Part shown: in pieces, positions 19,819 to 29,858 of the stretch | How the letters are laid out: each line of letters starts with the position of its first letter | Numbering within the stretch: the stretch's first letter is position 1 | Assembly (NCBI GenBank): GCA_029858255.1 | Contig: JAOUFJ010000006.1 | Span: 4,285-68,284 of the forward strand | Length of the DNA stretch: 64,000 bases | Direction: 5' to 3' | DNA from: a candidate division WOR-3 bacterium | GTDB taxonomy: Bacteria > Hydrothermota > Tepidihabitantia > SM23-42 | Position numbers and translations under genes: made by a program | The notes under the pieces: model-generated | Seen by the model: the letters and a program-made list of their open reading frames with translations, nothing else | Databases searched by the model: none | What the model was told of the DNA's origin: nothing

Positions 19819-19838
19819 TTAGTAAATTCGAAATACCG

Positions 19839-20468
19839 TCACCGTATTATCCCCAACCACTCTCCCAAGAGGAATTGCAGCCTGCCGATGAGCAGGCTTA
19901 TACGAGCCATGACCGTATAGCCGAAAGAAGCGCCGAATCCGAGCATGATGAATATAATACCGAGATTCGCCACCGGTTTGATTATGCCCTTGCGTTCCCT
20001 CGAGAAAAAGAAGTAGACCAAAGTTGATATGACACCGATCAGTATTACTACAGCCCAGAGGCCTGTGTCCCATTTTGCGAATGCATCACGTACCAGCAAG
20101 GTTCCTCGTGTTTGTCCCAGGATGTCTCTCTGGAAGTAAGCAGGAATTGCCACGCCAGAACCCCATCCCAAAACGAATGCGATAGGCAGCCGTATCAGAT
20201 GATTGAATCTGGGGACAAATCGAGCGAAGTAACATAGTGCAAAGAGGAGCGGTACGATATAAAGCAGGTTACCCTGGATGAACAGTGGTTCGATAAGATT
20301 TGGCCGTATTTGATTATGCCAGGTCAGGGCTACAAGATATCCTGCAGAGACGCCGACGAACAAATGTTCGGCAAAGCGGTAGAGTATATTATCACGGTAT
20401 AGAAATGAAAATATGCAGAGGGTCAGGAAAGCAGCAAGCCAAACCCAGGGATCTGGTGATATATTCAT
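19839..20468 (-). CDS. hypothetical multi-pass membrane protein (gene 4 of an uncharacterised 4-gene operon)
   Basis: 209 aa with ~6 hydrophobic helices and no recognisable catalytic motif. The start overlaps the stop of the upstream gene by 4 bp. Confidence 0.5.
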   Translation of the reverse strand: MNISPDPWVWLAAFLTLCIFSFLYRDNILYRFAEHLFVGVSAGYLVALTWHNQIRPNLIEPLFIQGNLLYIVPLLFALCYFARFVPRFNHLIRLPIAFVLGWGSGVAIPAYFQRDILGQTRGTLLVRDAFAKWDTGLWAVVILIGVISTLVYFFFSRERKGIIKPVANLGIIFIMLGFGASFGYTVMARISLLIGRLQFLLGEWLGIIR

Positions 20469-21328
20469 TTCTTCCTCCTGAGGTAGAAATACCCAACATT
20501 TCCAAGAATAATAAAGATCATGATCAATAGATGACCGAGTGACTGTGCGTCCATACCTTGTGAAGCCTTGAATGTTCCTTTTGCATATCCCTTTCTTTGT
20601 ACGAGATTTTCATATTCAGACGCGCCCTTCATTCCTGCGAGGAGCCCGGTGACCTGTCCGGTTTCTACATAAGGATAAACGTCAGCTGCGGATACCGCTG
20701 TTACTCCAACTCCGAGGCGCGCACCGTACCTTGATTGGGCAAAGAGTAACCACTGTCGCCATCCAGGATCGCCCGTTGACAGTGTGACGATCATACTTAC
20801 GTCCCTGTAATTCTTTACCGAACGCATCATTGGCAGCGAATCAAGGGGAGTGCCGTAGTAATCGACAGGGAACACCGCTTTAATGTTTTCGCCCATTCCC
20901 AGGAGTACTGCTGCAACACCGAACTTGTAGCCCAGAAAGGCAAAGTCGACACCATATTGCTTGCTGAAATCGTTAGAGAGTTCTTCCAGTCCCATTTCCA
21001 CCATGCCGGTACCCTGCGGCCAGAGCGCCATGAGAATCACCCTTACGTTCTTCGAAAAGCATTGACGCGATATTGCCAGAAACATTGGGTAGAGCTCAGG
21101 GAGTGACTGTGGATCAAAATCACATGATATCAGAACGGGTTTTGATTCGCTGTCGAGTGCCTCGATCGCTTCGAAGAGTTTTTTGCTTTGAGGCATGACA
21201 TTCACGGGTATTCCTATCGGTATGACAAGAGGTATAGCCACAGCGAGCGCAATAGTGAGAAAGATAATGCGTCGGGGTATTTTTGTTAAAGACTCGAGAA
21301 ATTTCATTTCGAACCTCCTCCGAGCCAT
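20465..21328 (-). CDS. hypothetical bitopic membrane protein: N-terminal TM, ~230-aa soluble domain, C-terminal TM (gene 3 of the operon)
   Basis: 287 aa. TM helices at the N-terminus ([20 protein letters not shown]) and C-terminus ([17 protein letters not shown]). Middle domain unassigned. Overlaps the upstream gene by 25 bp. Confidence 0.5.
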   Translation of the reverse strand: MARRRFEMKFLESLTKIPRRIIFLTIALAVAIPLVIPIGIPVNVMPQSKKLFEAIEALDSESKPVLISCDFDPQSLPELYPMFLAISRQCFSKNVRVILMALWPQGTGMVEMGLEELSNDFSKQYGVDFAFLGYKFGVAAVLLGMGENIKAVFPVDYYGTPLDSLPMMRSVKNYRDVSMIVTLSTGDPGWRQWLLFAQSRYGARLGVGVTAVSAADVYPYVETGQVTGLLAGMKGASEYENLVQRKGYAKGTFKASQGMDAQSLGHLLIMIFIILGNVGYFYLRRKK

Positions 21329-21930
21329 GAGCGTTCGATACCGAGGATGATCTTGAGTGCAGTTGAGATACTGCCAAAGGCAACACCGAAAATTATTCCG
21401 CGTTTTGCCGCTGTGTTAGGTACGCTCAAAAGCCATTCAGCGAATTCGGGGAGTCTCGGTGTGATATAATATCCGAACGGGACCATGCCGAGCATTACCA
21501 CGAAGGCAGCCACGAGCAGTATCGTCGCTTCTGTTGTTCGGGCGCGGAACGCACGGTATGCTGCCGACGCCATGTAGAATGCGAGAATGGCGTACATCGA
21601 AGCGCCCAGCGGTAAGATAATGTACGTCCACAGGGTCATGAATAAACTTCCTCTTTGTATACCCCAGAAGATCCCCAGTGTGGCCATTACCGCTAGTCCA
21701 GCCAGAGTAACATAACTGAAATACCAACTTTCCTTTTTCCTCCTGATGCGATTTGTGTGGTGGTCGATGATACTCCCGATCCCGAGAACCCAGGCAAACC
21801 CGACGATCGCGATGTACCAGCGTGTTGTGTGATCATAGAATTGAGTGCTGATAGAGTGCGGTACGAAGAACTGAATGATCATTGCAAGCCCGAGGAACAT
21901 ACATATTATTAGTGGCATTTTCTTATTCAT
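21304..21930 (-). CDS. hypothetical multi-pass membrane protein (gene 2 of the operon)
   Basis: 208 aa with ~6 TMs. RBS AGGAGG in the 14-bp gap to the upstream gene. Confidence 0.5.
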   Translation of the reverse strand: MNKKMPLIICMFLGLAMIIQFFVPHSISTQFYDHTTRWYIAIVGFAWVLGIGSIIDHHTNRIRRKKESWYFSYVTLAGLAVMATLGIFWGIQRGSLFMTLWTYIILPLGASMYAILAFYMASAAYRAFRARTTEATILLVAAFVVMLGMVPFGYYITPRLPEFAEWLLSVPNTAAKRGIIFGVAFGSISTALKIILGIERSWLGGGSK

Positions 21931-21944
21931 CTTATCCTCCTACG

Positions 21945-23039
21945 TCAAATGCTGAATAGATCGCGAATCCACGGCAGGCCAAGTAATATAAGGGCCGAGC
22001 CAGCGAGCAGGATACCCAGGATGATCATTTTGCCCCAGTCCTGGCCTTTTATCGATCCCATGAGTAATGGTTCCTTTGATAGATATGCCGACGCCGCGTA
22101 TAGTTCCTCGCCGATCAGGGTATAGTCACATGCAGTGATGAAGAATGGTAGTTGGAAGACGGAATCGGTTCCGGCGATCTGGATCGCTCCCGTTGCTGCG
22201 CCGGTTTCTGCGAGCACTAAAGATTCGGCCCAGAAATATCCAAGGAAGAGATTCGTTGCAGGTTTTTCCCTCACCATCGTACCGCAGACTGCTGCCGTGT
22301 ACGCCCACTGGTTTTCGGTCAGGAAGTACACATTGTCTGGATTGAAGGCATCCGGTCTGCCCGCATCGGTATAGGCTTCTTTCACTATCTCGCGGGCAAC
22401 GACGTAGACAACCGGACTTCGGTTGGGCACGAGTAATGTCGTGTTGTATTCGGCTGTTTTCTTGGCGACGAGGGATAGTATGTTCAGTGAGGCAAGGGTT
22501 GCGATATCGTCGATCGTAGAAAGGCCAGGAACGTATAGAATGGGTTTACCCATTTCCGTTGCCCTGCCTACCGCGTCTTCCAACGCTTCGAGCCCGGCCA
22601 GTTTTCGTATGAAGAGATTTTTCCCCTTACGTGCGCTGTAGATGAACCAGAATAGTAGTATCGCATATATAATGAACCCGATGAGCACATTGGTCCGGTC
22701 TGTATTGAACCATTGCTGATAGCTCATTGCGTATTCCGATATTTCAGACTGCGCGATAGCGTCTCCATCTTTGATGGCAAGTATTTGGTAGCGGTAGGGG
22801 ATACCATCCTCTGTTTGTGAATCAAGATATTCCTGCTCGAGTCGGTTCAGGCTGGCGACTTTTTCGAGTTCCTCGTCCTGTTCAGCGCGCCAGACTTCAT
22901 AAGCATCGATCGACATGTCTCCGATGTATGGTTCCCAGGAAACGAGGATCCTGCCACCATCATCGTTAGGATTGTCCCTCGCATGCGGTACACCTATTTC
23001 CCCGAATAGCGATACTGCAATGATGAGTATTATTCCCAT
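21945..23039 (-). CDS. hypothetical membrane protein: N-terminal TM, small beta-rich (FN3-like?) domain, second TM, then a ~200-aa domain and C-terminal TM (gene 1 of the operon)
   Basis: ~364 aa. The ATG at 23039 is preceded by AGGAGG-aagtg. The ORF track starts one codon earlier at a GTG. No recognisable family. Confidence 0.5.
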   Translation of the reverse strand: MGIILIIAVSLFGEIGVPHARDNPNDDGGRILVSWEPYIGDMSIDAYEVWRAEQDEELEKVASLNRLEQEYLDSQTEDGIPYRYQILAIKDGDAIAQSEISEYAMSYQQWFNTDRTNVLIGFIIYAILLFWFIYSARKGKNLFIRKLAGLEALEDAVGRATEMGKPILYVPGLSTIDDIATLASLNILSLVAKKTAEYNTTLLVPNRSPVVYVVAREIVKEAYTDAGRPDAFNPDNVYFLTENQWAYTAAVCGTMVREKPATNLFLGYFWAESLVLAETGAATGAIQIAGTDSVFQLPFFITACDYTLIGEELYAASAYLSKEPLLMGSIKGQDWGKMIILGILLAGSALILLGLPWIRDLFSI

Positions 23040-23142
23040 CACTTCCTCCTCACGTGATTGTTGTTGCTATATCATTAAAAATATTGGAAGTATTCCGCGT
23101 GTTTGGATTTCTTGATCACTCGGGATGATATGAAATCGCAAA

Positions 23143-24414
23143 CTATTTGGTGAGTGTAAGATATGATATTAGAAGGGATGCGATGACCGCTGTGATTTCA
23201 AGATAGTCCTGCCAGAATTTGAAAACCTTTCGCGGCACAAAGACTACATCGCCCTCCTCGATCAGCGGATCACTGTCTACGTCGATCTTTTTGTTATCCC
23301 TCTTCACGTATGCGCTTCCCATACTTGCGTCGCCGAGGGGCCCGCCTGCGATGCCGATATAATCAGTTGCTCGCAAGTTGGGTTGGAACGGAAAAGATCC
23401 GGGGGTGACAACTTGGCCCTGCACGTAGACCACGGAATTCACGGATGGAACAACCAGAACATCGCCGGTTTTCAATCTTATGTTCTGTTGGCTGCTCGTA
23501 TCGACAAGAACGTCTGAAAGATTGATGTAGAGTTTATCTTCGTTTCTTTCGATATATGTATGAATTGGGTCAGCCCAGGGTGTAAGACCACCTGCTTTCA
23601 GTACTAGATCGGCGACACGTTCGCCTTCCAGGAGCTCATACAACCCCTCGCTTGATTTTTCTCTCGCCGCAGTGAGTTCTGCTACGCGTAATTCGTACTC
23701 CCTCTTCCCGAAAACCGCACCCTTCACGACCACTGATTGTTCCATTTTTGGGATTATCACCACGTCTCCGTCTTGAACGAACGGATTCGAGAGTGCATCA
23801 CCAGTTTTTTCGAATTCTGTGAGATTCACTTTAGCATATAGGCGCCCTTGTCTTCTCAGTTCAATTTTTGCTCTCGAACCGATTGCATTGATGCCGCCAG
23901 CGTCATCGATGACCCTTGAGGCCCGGTAGATTGGTAACGCCCGGACGACGCCCGGGTTAGTCACTTCGCCGACCACCAGTACATCAAAGGTGCGCATGCC
24001 GATCAGGGTGAGATCCAACCTGAAATTCCTGAGGTATCTGGAGAACGCCCTGGCTACCGAGTCCTTGGCAGCCTTCAGAGTCAATCCGTAGACGGGGATA
24101 GCCGCGACTACATCATATTGAGGTATGTAGGACCCATCCATGGTTGGGAGTGAAGCCACAGGTGTATTCAGGGTCATCTTTCCCTCGAAGGTGACACCTG
24201 TGATATAGGAATAGTTGGTCGCGCCGGTGATCGTCACAAGCAGTGAGTCACCGGGCATGAGCATGTATTCTTCATCAGATACGACCGGTTTTGGAAATGT
24301 TGCTTCCTGGTTTACATCAGATGTTCCTTGTGTTTCGGTTGCATTCGATTGTAGGGCGATGGCAATCAAAACAATGACCAGCAGCGAGAATTTTTTCATG
24401 GTTAAATTATACAA
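23143..24414 (-). CDS. polysaccharide export protein, OPX/Wza family (Poly_export + SLBB domains)
   Basis: Signal peptide. Poly_export-like region YMLMPGDSLLVTI...YGLTLKAAKDSVARAFSRYL. Repeated SLBB-type GDVVIIP / GDVLVVP / GDVVFVP motifs. Confidence 0.7.
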   Translation of the reverse strand: MYNLTMKKFSLLVIVLIAIALQSNATETQGTSDVNQEATFPKPVVSDEEYMLMPGDSLLVTITGATNYSYITGVTFEGKMTLNTPVASLPTMDGSYIPQYDVVAAIPVYGLTLKAAKDSVARAFSRYLRNFRLDLTLIGMRTFDVLVVGEVTNPGVVRALPIYRASRVIDDAGGINAIGSRAKIELRRQGRLYAKVNLTEFEKTGDALSNPFVQDGDVVIIPKMEQSVVVKGAVFGKREYELRVAELTAAREKSSEGLYELLEGERVADLVLKAGGLTPWADPIHTYIERNEDKLYINLSDVLVDTSSQQNIRLKTGDVLVVPSVNSVVYVQGQVVTPGSFPFQPNLRATDYIGIAGGPLGDASMGSAYVKRDNKKIDVDSDPLIEEGDVVFVPRKVFKFWQDYLEITAVIASLLISYLTLTK

Positions 24415-24471
24415 AAATCACCGAACCTGTCAACATAAAAAATGCCATGTTCATGCGCCGTAAACATCTGC

Positions 24472-24499
24472 TTGACGCGCCATGATATCGAGCTATAAT
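24472..24499 (+). promoter_or_regulatory. sigma70-type promoter for the TonB-receptor / CTD-cargo / PorV-like operon
   Basis: TTGACG (24472-24477), 16-nt spacer, TATAAT (24494-24499). RBS AAGGAGG at 24521-24527 and ATG at 24531. Confidence 0.55.
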
Positions 24500-24530
24500 C
24501 TGTAATAATACTCTAAGAGAAAGGAGGCAT

Positions 24531-27086
24531 ATGAGCAAATTACTACTGATTTTGACTCCCCTAATTCTATATGCAGGTACTGTAGGTAAGATAGCTGGTC
24601 GCGTACTCGACGGCGAGACAAATGAACCTTTGATTGCGGTCGACGTCTATATTGAGGCCCTCGGTGCGGGTGGTGCCACGGATTTGGAGGGGTACTACTT
24701 CATCCTGAATGTTCCTCCTGGTAGTTACGAAGTAGAGGCATCGATGATCGGCTATCGTGCTGAGATAAAAAAGTCGGTAGCGGTTTTTTCTGACCGTACC
24801 ACTTATGTAGATTTCAAACTCGACCCCACGGTTATTGAACTTGAGACACCTGTGGTCGTTGTGGCAAAGAAACCGGTTATTGAGATAGACATGACCTCGA
24901 AAGAGACCCGTATTACACGGGAACAGTTCGACATTACCCCGGTCGAAAAACCTTCAGAAGCCCTGGCTCTCCAGGGCGGGGTAACCACTGACGCGGCTGG
25001 CGATCTCCACGTGCGCGGTGGCCGCAGCGGCGAACTGGCATACTATATTGAGGGGATCGAGGTTTCAAACGCCCTGTTGGGCAGTGCCCCGGTCCTCAAC
25101 AAGAATCTCATCTCCGAAATGTCCCTTCTCTCAGGTACTTTCAATGCTGAGTACGGAAACATAATGAGCGGCGTTGTCAACATCATTACACCGGAAGGTG
25201 GTAGAGAGATATCAACAAATTTAGAGTACACTTCTTTTTTGATCAACTCGTCGCCGTATCGTAAGAAGGATTGGATCAACGATATCGATTCTTCTTACTA
25301 TGACGCGCATCGCACTTTTGACTCCGTCTCGCAGGAGTGGATCTCGGATTACGAGGTGCCTGATTTGATGGATTCCAAGGATTTGCATTTTCTCGGTGAG
25401 ATAAATGGAAGTATCGAAGGGCCGGTTCCCGGTGACCGTTCGACGCGCTTTTTCATCGCCGGCAATTATGCGAATCAGGAGTCCTATCTTCCTTTTGGCT
25501 ACGATCTGACCCGGTCGGTCAATGGCAAGCTGACACGGAGATTCGGTCCCAATTTTAAAGTACTTATCGACGCGCAGTACATCGATGATGAATCGCAGCG
25601 CTACAGCCACTTATACAAGTATTTGTATGATAACTATCTGGTGAGTCGAGAAAAGAGTATGCGTGGTATCATTGGGTTGAATCATTCACCGGCAAACAAT
25701 TTCTTCTACAACGTGCGTGTTGGGTATATAGAAGACAGATTCGATACAAAGGTGCCATCGGATAGTTTAGACATATTTGGCTCCATCGAAGAGCCGGTCA
25801 GTGATAATTACTCTGAATTCTACATCTCGGGTTACCCGCAATTCCGTCAGGAAGTGAAAACCAAACAGTACATTGCGAAAGCCGACTTCAACTGGCAGCT
25901 GGGCAAAATGCACAGCCTGAAATTTGGCGGAGAACAAAGCTTCTACGTTTTTGAACTGGCGAACCGGCAGCAATTGTTCCCGCGGACGCCGATCATATAT
26001 CAGCAGTATGAGCAGAAACCACGTGATGCGGCAATCTTCGTCCAGGATAAGATCGAGCACAAGTATCTCGTGGTAAATGCTGGCTTGCGTTTTGACTACA
26101 GCTACCCGAATGCTGATATGTGGGAGGATATAGAGGACCCTACATCTGATGTCACCGATGTGAAACCGCAGTACCAGGTTTCTCCAAGGCTGGGCCTTTC
26201 TCATCCTATAACCGATGATGCGATGCTTCATTTCGCTTACGGCCATTTCTTCCAGATGCCGCCTTATGAGATCATGTATTTTAACAGCAGCTACGTGGCC
26301 AACCCCGAGGACATCCCGCGGTACGGATTGGTCGGTAACCCGCGCATATTGCCCCAGCGTGCGACCGCGTATGAGGTTGGCATAAAGTATGCGATCCTGG
26401 ATATCTACGGCGTCGATGTTACACTTTTCCTGAAGGATATCAAGAACCTGCTTTCGACGACCGAAGTGCGTACGTTTCCGTACAATTACATAATCTACAC
26501 GAACGATGATTTCGGGAGCGTGCAGGGGATCGATGTTACGTTGCAGAGGGAACTCGTATCCAATATCGGCTTTAGCATTAACTACACTTATCAAGTGGCG
26601 CGCGGTAACCGCTCGTTCGCGATGCAGGGTTTCTATGATGTCTACACTGGTCTGCCCGAGCGCATAAAGGAATACTTCCTTGATTTTGACCGCCGACACA
26701 CGCTCGCGTCAACGTTCCAATTTCTCCTGACAGAGCGGGGCGGTATCGGTGTCAATTTCAGGATTGCGAGTGGATTACCTTACACACCTTATATCAGTGA
26801 AGGCGTAGTCGTTGAAGAGAATTCCGCACGCATGGCCTGGTCGTATTCGCTGGACATCCTTCTTCATCAGGGTATTCAGGTTGGCGGCGCACTGCTTGAG
26901 TTCTTCGTCAGCGCCACGAATCTGACCGATGCAAAGAATCCTCTTTACGTCTATTCACGCAGCGGTGAGCCGTGGGTGACTGGCGAGGAAGCAGGTGGAC
27001 TAATGGGCTCGCAAGACTATATCATCGATCCTTCGAACGTCGGACCAAGAAGAACGATCAAAGCCGGTCTGAGAACAAAACTGTGA
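24531..27086 (+). CDS. TonB-dependent receptor-like outer-membrane protein with N-terminal carboxypeptidase-regulatory-like domain (SusC/RagA-like architecture)
   Basis: Signal peptide. CarbopepD_reg-like GKIAGRVLDGETNEPLIAVDVYIEA...GYYFILNVPPGSYEVEASMIGY. Plug-like region (LHVRGGRSGELAYYIEGIEV). Long barrel-like remainder, 851 aa. Confidence 0.75.
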   Translation: MSKLLLILTPLILYAGTVGKIAGRVLDGETNEPLIAVDVYIEALGAGGATDLEGYYFILNVPPGSYEVEASMIGYRAEIKKSVAVFSDRTTYVDFKLDPTVIELETPVVVVAKKPVIEIDMTSKETRITREQFDITPVEKPSEALALQGGVTTDAAGDLHVRGGRSGELAYYIEGIEVSNALLGSAPVLNKNLISEMSLLSGTFNAEYGNIMSGVVNIITPEGGREISTNLEYTSFLINSSPYRKKDWINDIDSSYYDAHRTFDSVSQEWISDYEVPDLMDSKDLHFLGEINGSIEGPVPGDRSTRFFIAGNYANQESYLPFGYDLTRSVNGKLTRRFGPNFKVLIDAQYIDDESQRYSHLYKYLYDNYLVSREKSMRGIIGLNHSPANNFFYNVRVGYIEDRFDTKVPSDSLDIFGSIEEPVSDNYSEFYISGYPQFRQEVKTKQYIAKADFNWQLGKMHSLKFGGEQSFYVFELANRQQLFPRTPIIYQQYEQKPRDAAIFVQDKIEHKYLVVNAGLRFDYSYPNADMWEDIEDPTSDVTDVKPQYQVSPRLGLSHPITDDAMLHFAYGHFFQMPPYEIMYFNSSYVANPEDIPRYGLVGNPRILPQRATAYEVGIKYAILDIYGVDVTLFLKDIKNLLSTTEVRTFPYNYIIYTNDDFGSVQGIDVTLQRELVSNIGFSINYTYQVARGNRSFAMQGFYDVYTGLPERIKEYFLDFDRRHTLASTFQFLLTERGGIGVNFRIASGLPYTPYISEGVVVEENSARMAWSYSLDILLHQGIQVGGALLEFFVSATNLTDAKNPLYVYSRSGEPWVTGEEAGGLMGSQDYIIDPSNVGPRRTIKAGLRTKL

Positions 27087-27099
27087 ACAAGGAGTCTGT

Positions 27100-29850
27100 A
27101 TGTTATTAATTCTATTTTTGTTTTTCTACCCCGAGGCCGATAAGGCAGTCGGTATTTCGGACAAAGGTGAATTATCCAACGTCACTTCCAACTTCGGATT
27201 GATCGCGAATTTGCATTATTTCACGCCAGCCTTCCACTGGCCGAATTCGGCACCTTTTCAACATCAATACAGTCCCGGATGCGGAATCTTTGCCGCGAGG
27301 AACGATACGGTTATCGAATCTTTCCTGAGTCTGGCAACTCCGGAATGGGCGCCGTTGGAGGGTTCATACGGAACGTTCTATTCAGGTACAGTGACGACCC
27401 CCGACGGCACGCCAGTCATCGCCACATCGGATGACATGGAGACGTGGCCGTTGATAGGAGGAGTACCTACATGGCCGGGACCGTGGCGCAAGGATACCAC
27501 AGGGCAGCAGGTGCCTGGCGAATTTACTTCGGACCAGGATCTTTTCTGTATCTTCAACGACCAGTCTGTCTTGGGGTTGCAGGTGAATCAATCCACTTAT
27601 TCTTACGGCCGTAACTACGCCCAGGATTTTATCTTCTACGATTTTAAAATCTACAATACAAACGGTACATCGATCGATGATATCTATTTTGGTTTCCGGG
27701 GGAATTTCAGGTGCGACTATGACATGCAGGACTATGTCGGACTCTACCGTGACTCTGCCGTGACATTCGTTTATCACTGGGATGCCGATGGTATACCGCA
27801 GGATCCCTGGGAATCGGTGGGTATGATCGGCGTGGCATTTCTTAATCAGCAGATCGACAATTTCCATTACTATCGCAAAGAGGATGAGCCGAGTGATGAT
27901 TTCCGTCTGTTCCCGATAATAGCATCTGACCCCAGTAATCCTAATATCGATCCCAGCCTTTACTTCCATGGTTCGAATGTTTATATTGATGACCCATCGT
28001 TCGTGCAATCCCTGCCACCTGAATCGACAAGCGCATACAATTACATGGTTTCAGCGGGACCCAGAACGATCATGCCTGATGATACGCTTCAATTTACGAT
28101 TGCAGTCATCTGTGGTGAGGATTCGGCAGACTTGTTCGAAAATCTCGAGACGGCGCTCATGATGGCCGACAACTACTTTCTGGGTAGTGGTGCACCAGCA
28201 GCACCGACAGTGCAGGCAGTGGCTGACTACAGGAAGATCACGTTATTCTGGGATGCGCAACCCTCCGAATCATCGACCGACATACTGACCGGTAAACAGG
28301 ATTTCGAAGGTTACAAGATATACCGAAGCGAAGATCTGGGTATTAGTTGGGGAGACGAGATTACCGATCATACAGGGTCTTTGGTCGGGTATGTCCCGCT
28401 CGCTCAATTCGACCTTATCGACGGCATCGAGGGAGTAGACCCGGCTTTCCCGTATCAGTCCCTGGGTCGTGAGACAGGATTGGCGCATACCTTCGTCGAT
28501 ACTACGGTCTATAATGGTATCGAATACTGGTACTGTGTCGCTGCATATGATCAGGGCAATCAGGTTCCTGATTCTCTCGAACCGTCCTATGAGAATTCCA
28601 AAGGACGTCCCAGCGCAGCCAATGTTGTTTCGGCTGTTGCCGCGACAATGCCATCTGGCTATGTCCCGGCCTACATCGAGGGCGGTGATACGCTCGCTCC
28701 TATCGGTGGCAGCTGTGACGGATCGGCGTTGGTGAGAGTCATTGACCCCGCTCAGATCCTACCTCATACCTACCGGATAACCTTTTCGGTTGATTCTGTA
28801 TACCACCCGGCAGAAACGACATGGGTCGACACTACTATGTTCACTCTTTTCGACGTGACCGATCAGGAGACCCTCCTGAGCAAATACGAAATTTCCGATA
28901 ACTCACTCGATAACATTCCTGTAGTCGATGGTTTCAGACTCATCCTTGCGAATTCAGAGAAGACCGTGTCAATGGATTGGACTCAAACCTCAGCCACGCC
29001 AAGCACTTTCGAGTGGTGGGTTTGGTCTGAGCCTTATAGCCCTATGGTTGGCCCGTCCTATATTTATGGTAATCCAAACTTCCGTGTTGTCGTGGACCAT
29101 GATGCGCACTCTGTATTCGGCATTGAAGACGGTTTTGGCGGCGATACCCTGACGATCGAGATGCCATTACGGGTATACGATATAACCGACGAGTTGAACC
29201 CGGTCGACGTCAGCGAGTACTGCTGGCTGCTCGATTATGCATACTCTGACGTCTTCTCACCGCAGATCGAATCATTGTATTTCGGTCCGGAAGGATGGGA
29301 CCTCATTCCGGGCGGGGCTGGTTATAACGGCACGGCTGCCGGGCAAACTGCCGGGTTCTATGATCAGCTCGGGCTGTGGAATGGCGACGCGTCAACGGCA
29401 ACGGCTGTTGTCTACTTTGGTACTCAAAACGGCGACAGCAGCGCAATTCCGCCGGTGGATGGTGATGAATTTACGGTGAAGCTCCTGGCTCCTTTTTCCG
29501 ATTCAATATCATATGAGTTCAGTGCCGTGCCATACGCGATCAACGCCGCGCAGGTACGCCTGGATAGTGTCAGGGTCGTGCCCAACCCCTACATACTTGC
29601 ATCGAAATTCGAGAGCACGCCATATGACCGCCGGTTGATGTTCACGCACCTGCCTGAGGAGTGTAAAATAATGATATACAACGTTGCTGGAGAGCACATC
29701 AACACAATAGAGCACAACAATAATCTGGGCTACGAGTACTGGGATTTACGCACGAAATTCGGTGTGGAAGTGGCATATGGAATGTACATATTCGTGGTTA
29801 GAGCGGATGGCAATGTCAAGGCAGAAGGCAAATTCGTAATAATCAAATAG
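27100..29850 (+). CDS. large secreted hypothetical protein with FN3-like region and T9SS C-terminal sorting domain
   Basis: 916 aa. RBS AAGGAG 8 nt upstream. C-terminus VRVVPNPY...MIYNVAGEHI...GMYIFVVRADGNVKAEGKFVIIK is CTD-like. Internal FN3-like segment (ITLFWDAQPSESSTD...YKIYRSEDLG). Confidence 0.6.
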   Translation: MLLILFLFFYPEADKAVGISDKGELSNVTSNFGLIANLHYFTPAFHWPNSAPFQHQYSPGCGIFAARNDTVIESFLSLATPEWAPLEGSYGTFYSGTVTTPDGTPVIATSDDMETWPLIGGVPTWPGPWRKDTTGQQVPGEFTSDQDLFCIFNDQSVLGLQVNQSTYSYGRNYAQDFIFYDFKIYNTNGTSIDDIYFGFRGNFRCDYDMQDYVGLYRDSAVTFVYHWDADGIPQDPWESVGMIGVAFLNQQIDNFHYYRKEDEPSDDFRLFPIIASDPSNPNIDPSLYFHGSNVYIDDPSFVQSLPPESTSAYNYMVSAGPRTIMPDDTLQFTIAVICGEDSADLFENLETALMMADNYFLGSGAPAAPTVQAVADYRKITLFWDAQPSESSTDILTGKQDFEGYKIYRSEDLGISWGDEITDHTGSLVGYVPLAQFDLIDGIEGVDPAFPYQSLGRETGLAHTFVDTTVYNGIEYWYCVAAYDQGNQVPDSLEPSYENSKGRPSAANVVSAVAATMPSGYVPAYIEGGDTLAPIGGSCDGSALVRVIDPAQILPHTYRITFSVDSVYHPAETTWVDTTMFTLFDVTDQETLLSKYEISDNSLDNIPVVDGFRLILANSEKTVSMDWTQTSATPSTFEWWVWSEPYSPMVGPSYIYGNPNFRVVVDHDAHSVFGIEDGFGGDTLTIEMPLRVYDITDELNPVDVSEYCWLLDYAYSDVFSPQIESLYFGPEGWDLIPGGAGYNGTAAGQTAGFYDQLGLWNGDASTATAVVYFGTQNGDSSAIPPVDGDEFTVKLLAPFSDSISYEFSAVPYAINAAQVRLDSVRVVPNPYILASKFESTPYDRRLMFTHLPEECKIMIYNVAGEHINTIEHNNNLGYEYWDLRTKFGVEVAYGMYIFVVRADGNVKAEGKFVIIK

Positions 29851-29858
29851 GAGGAGTC

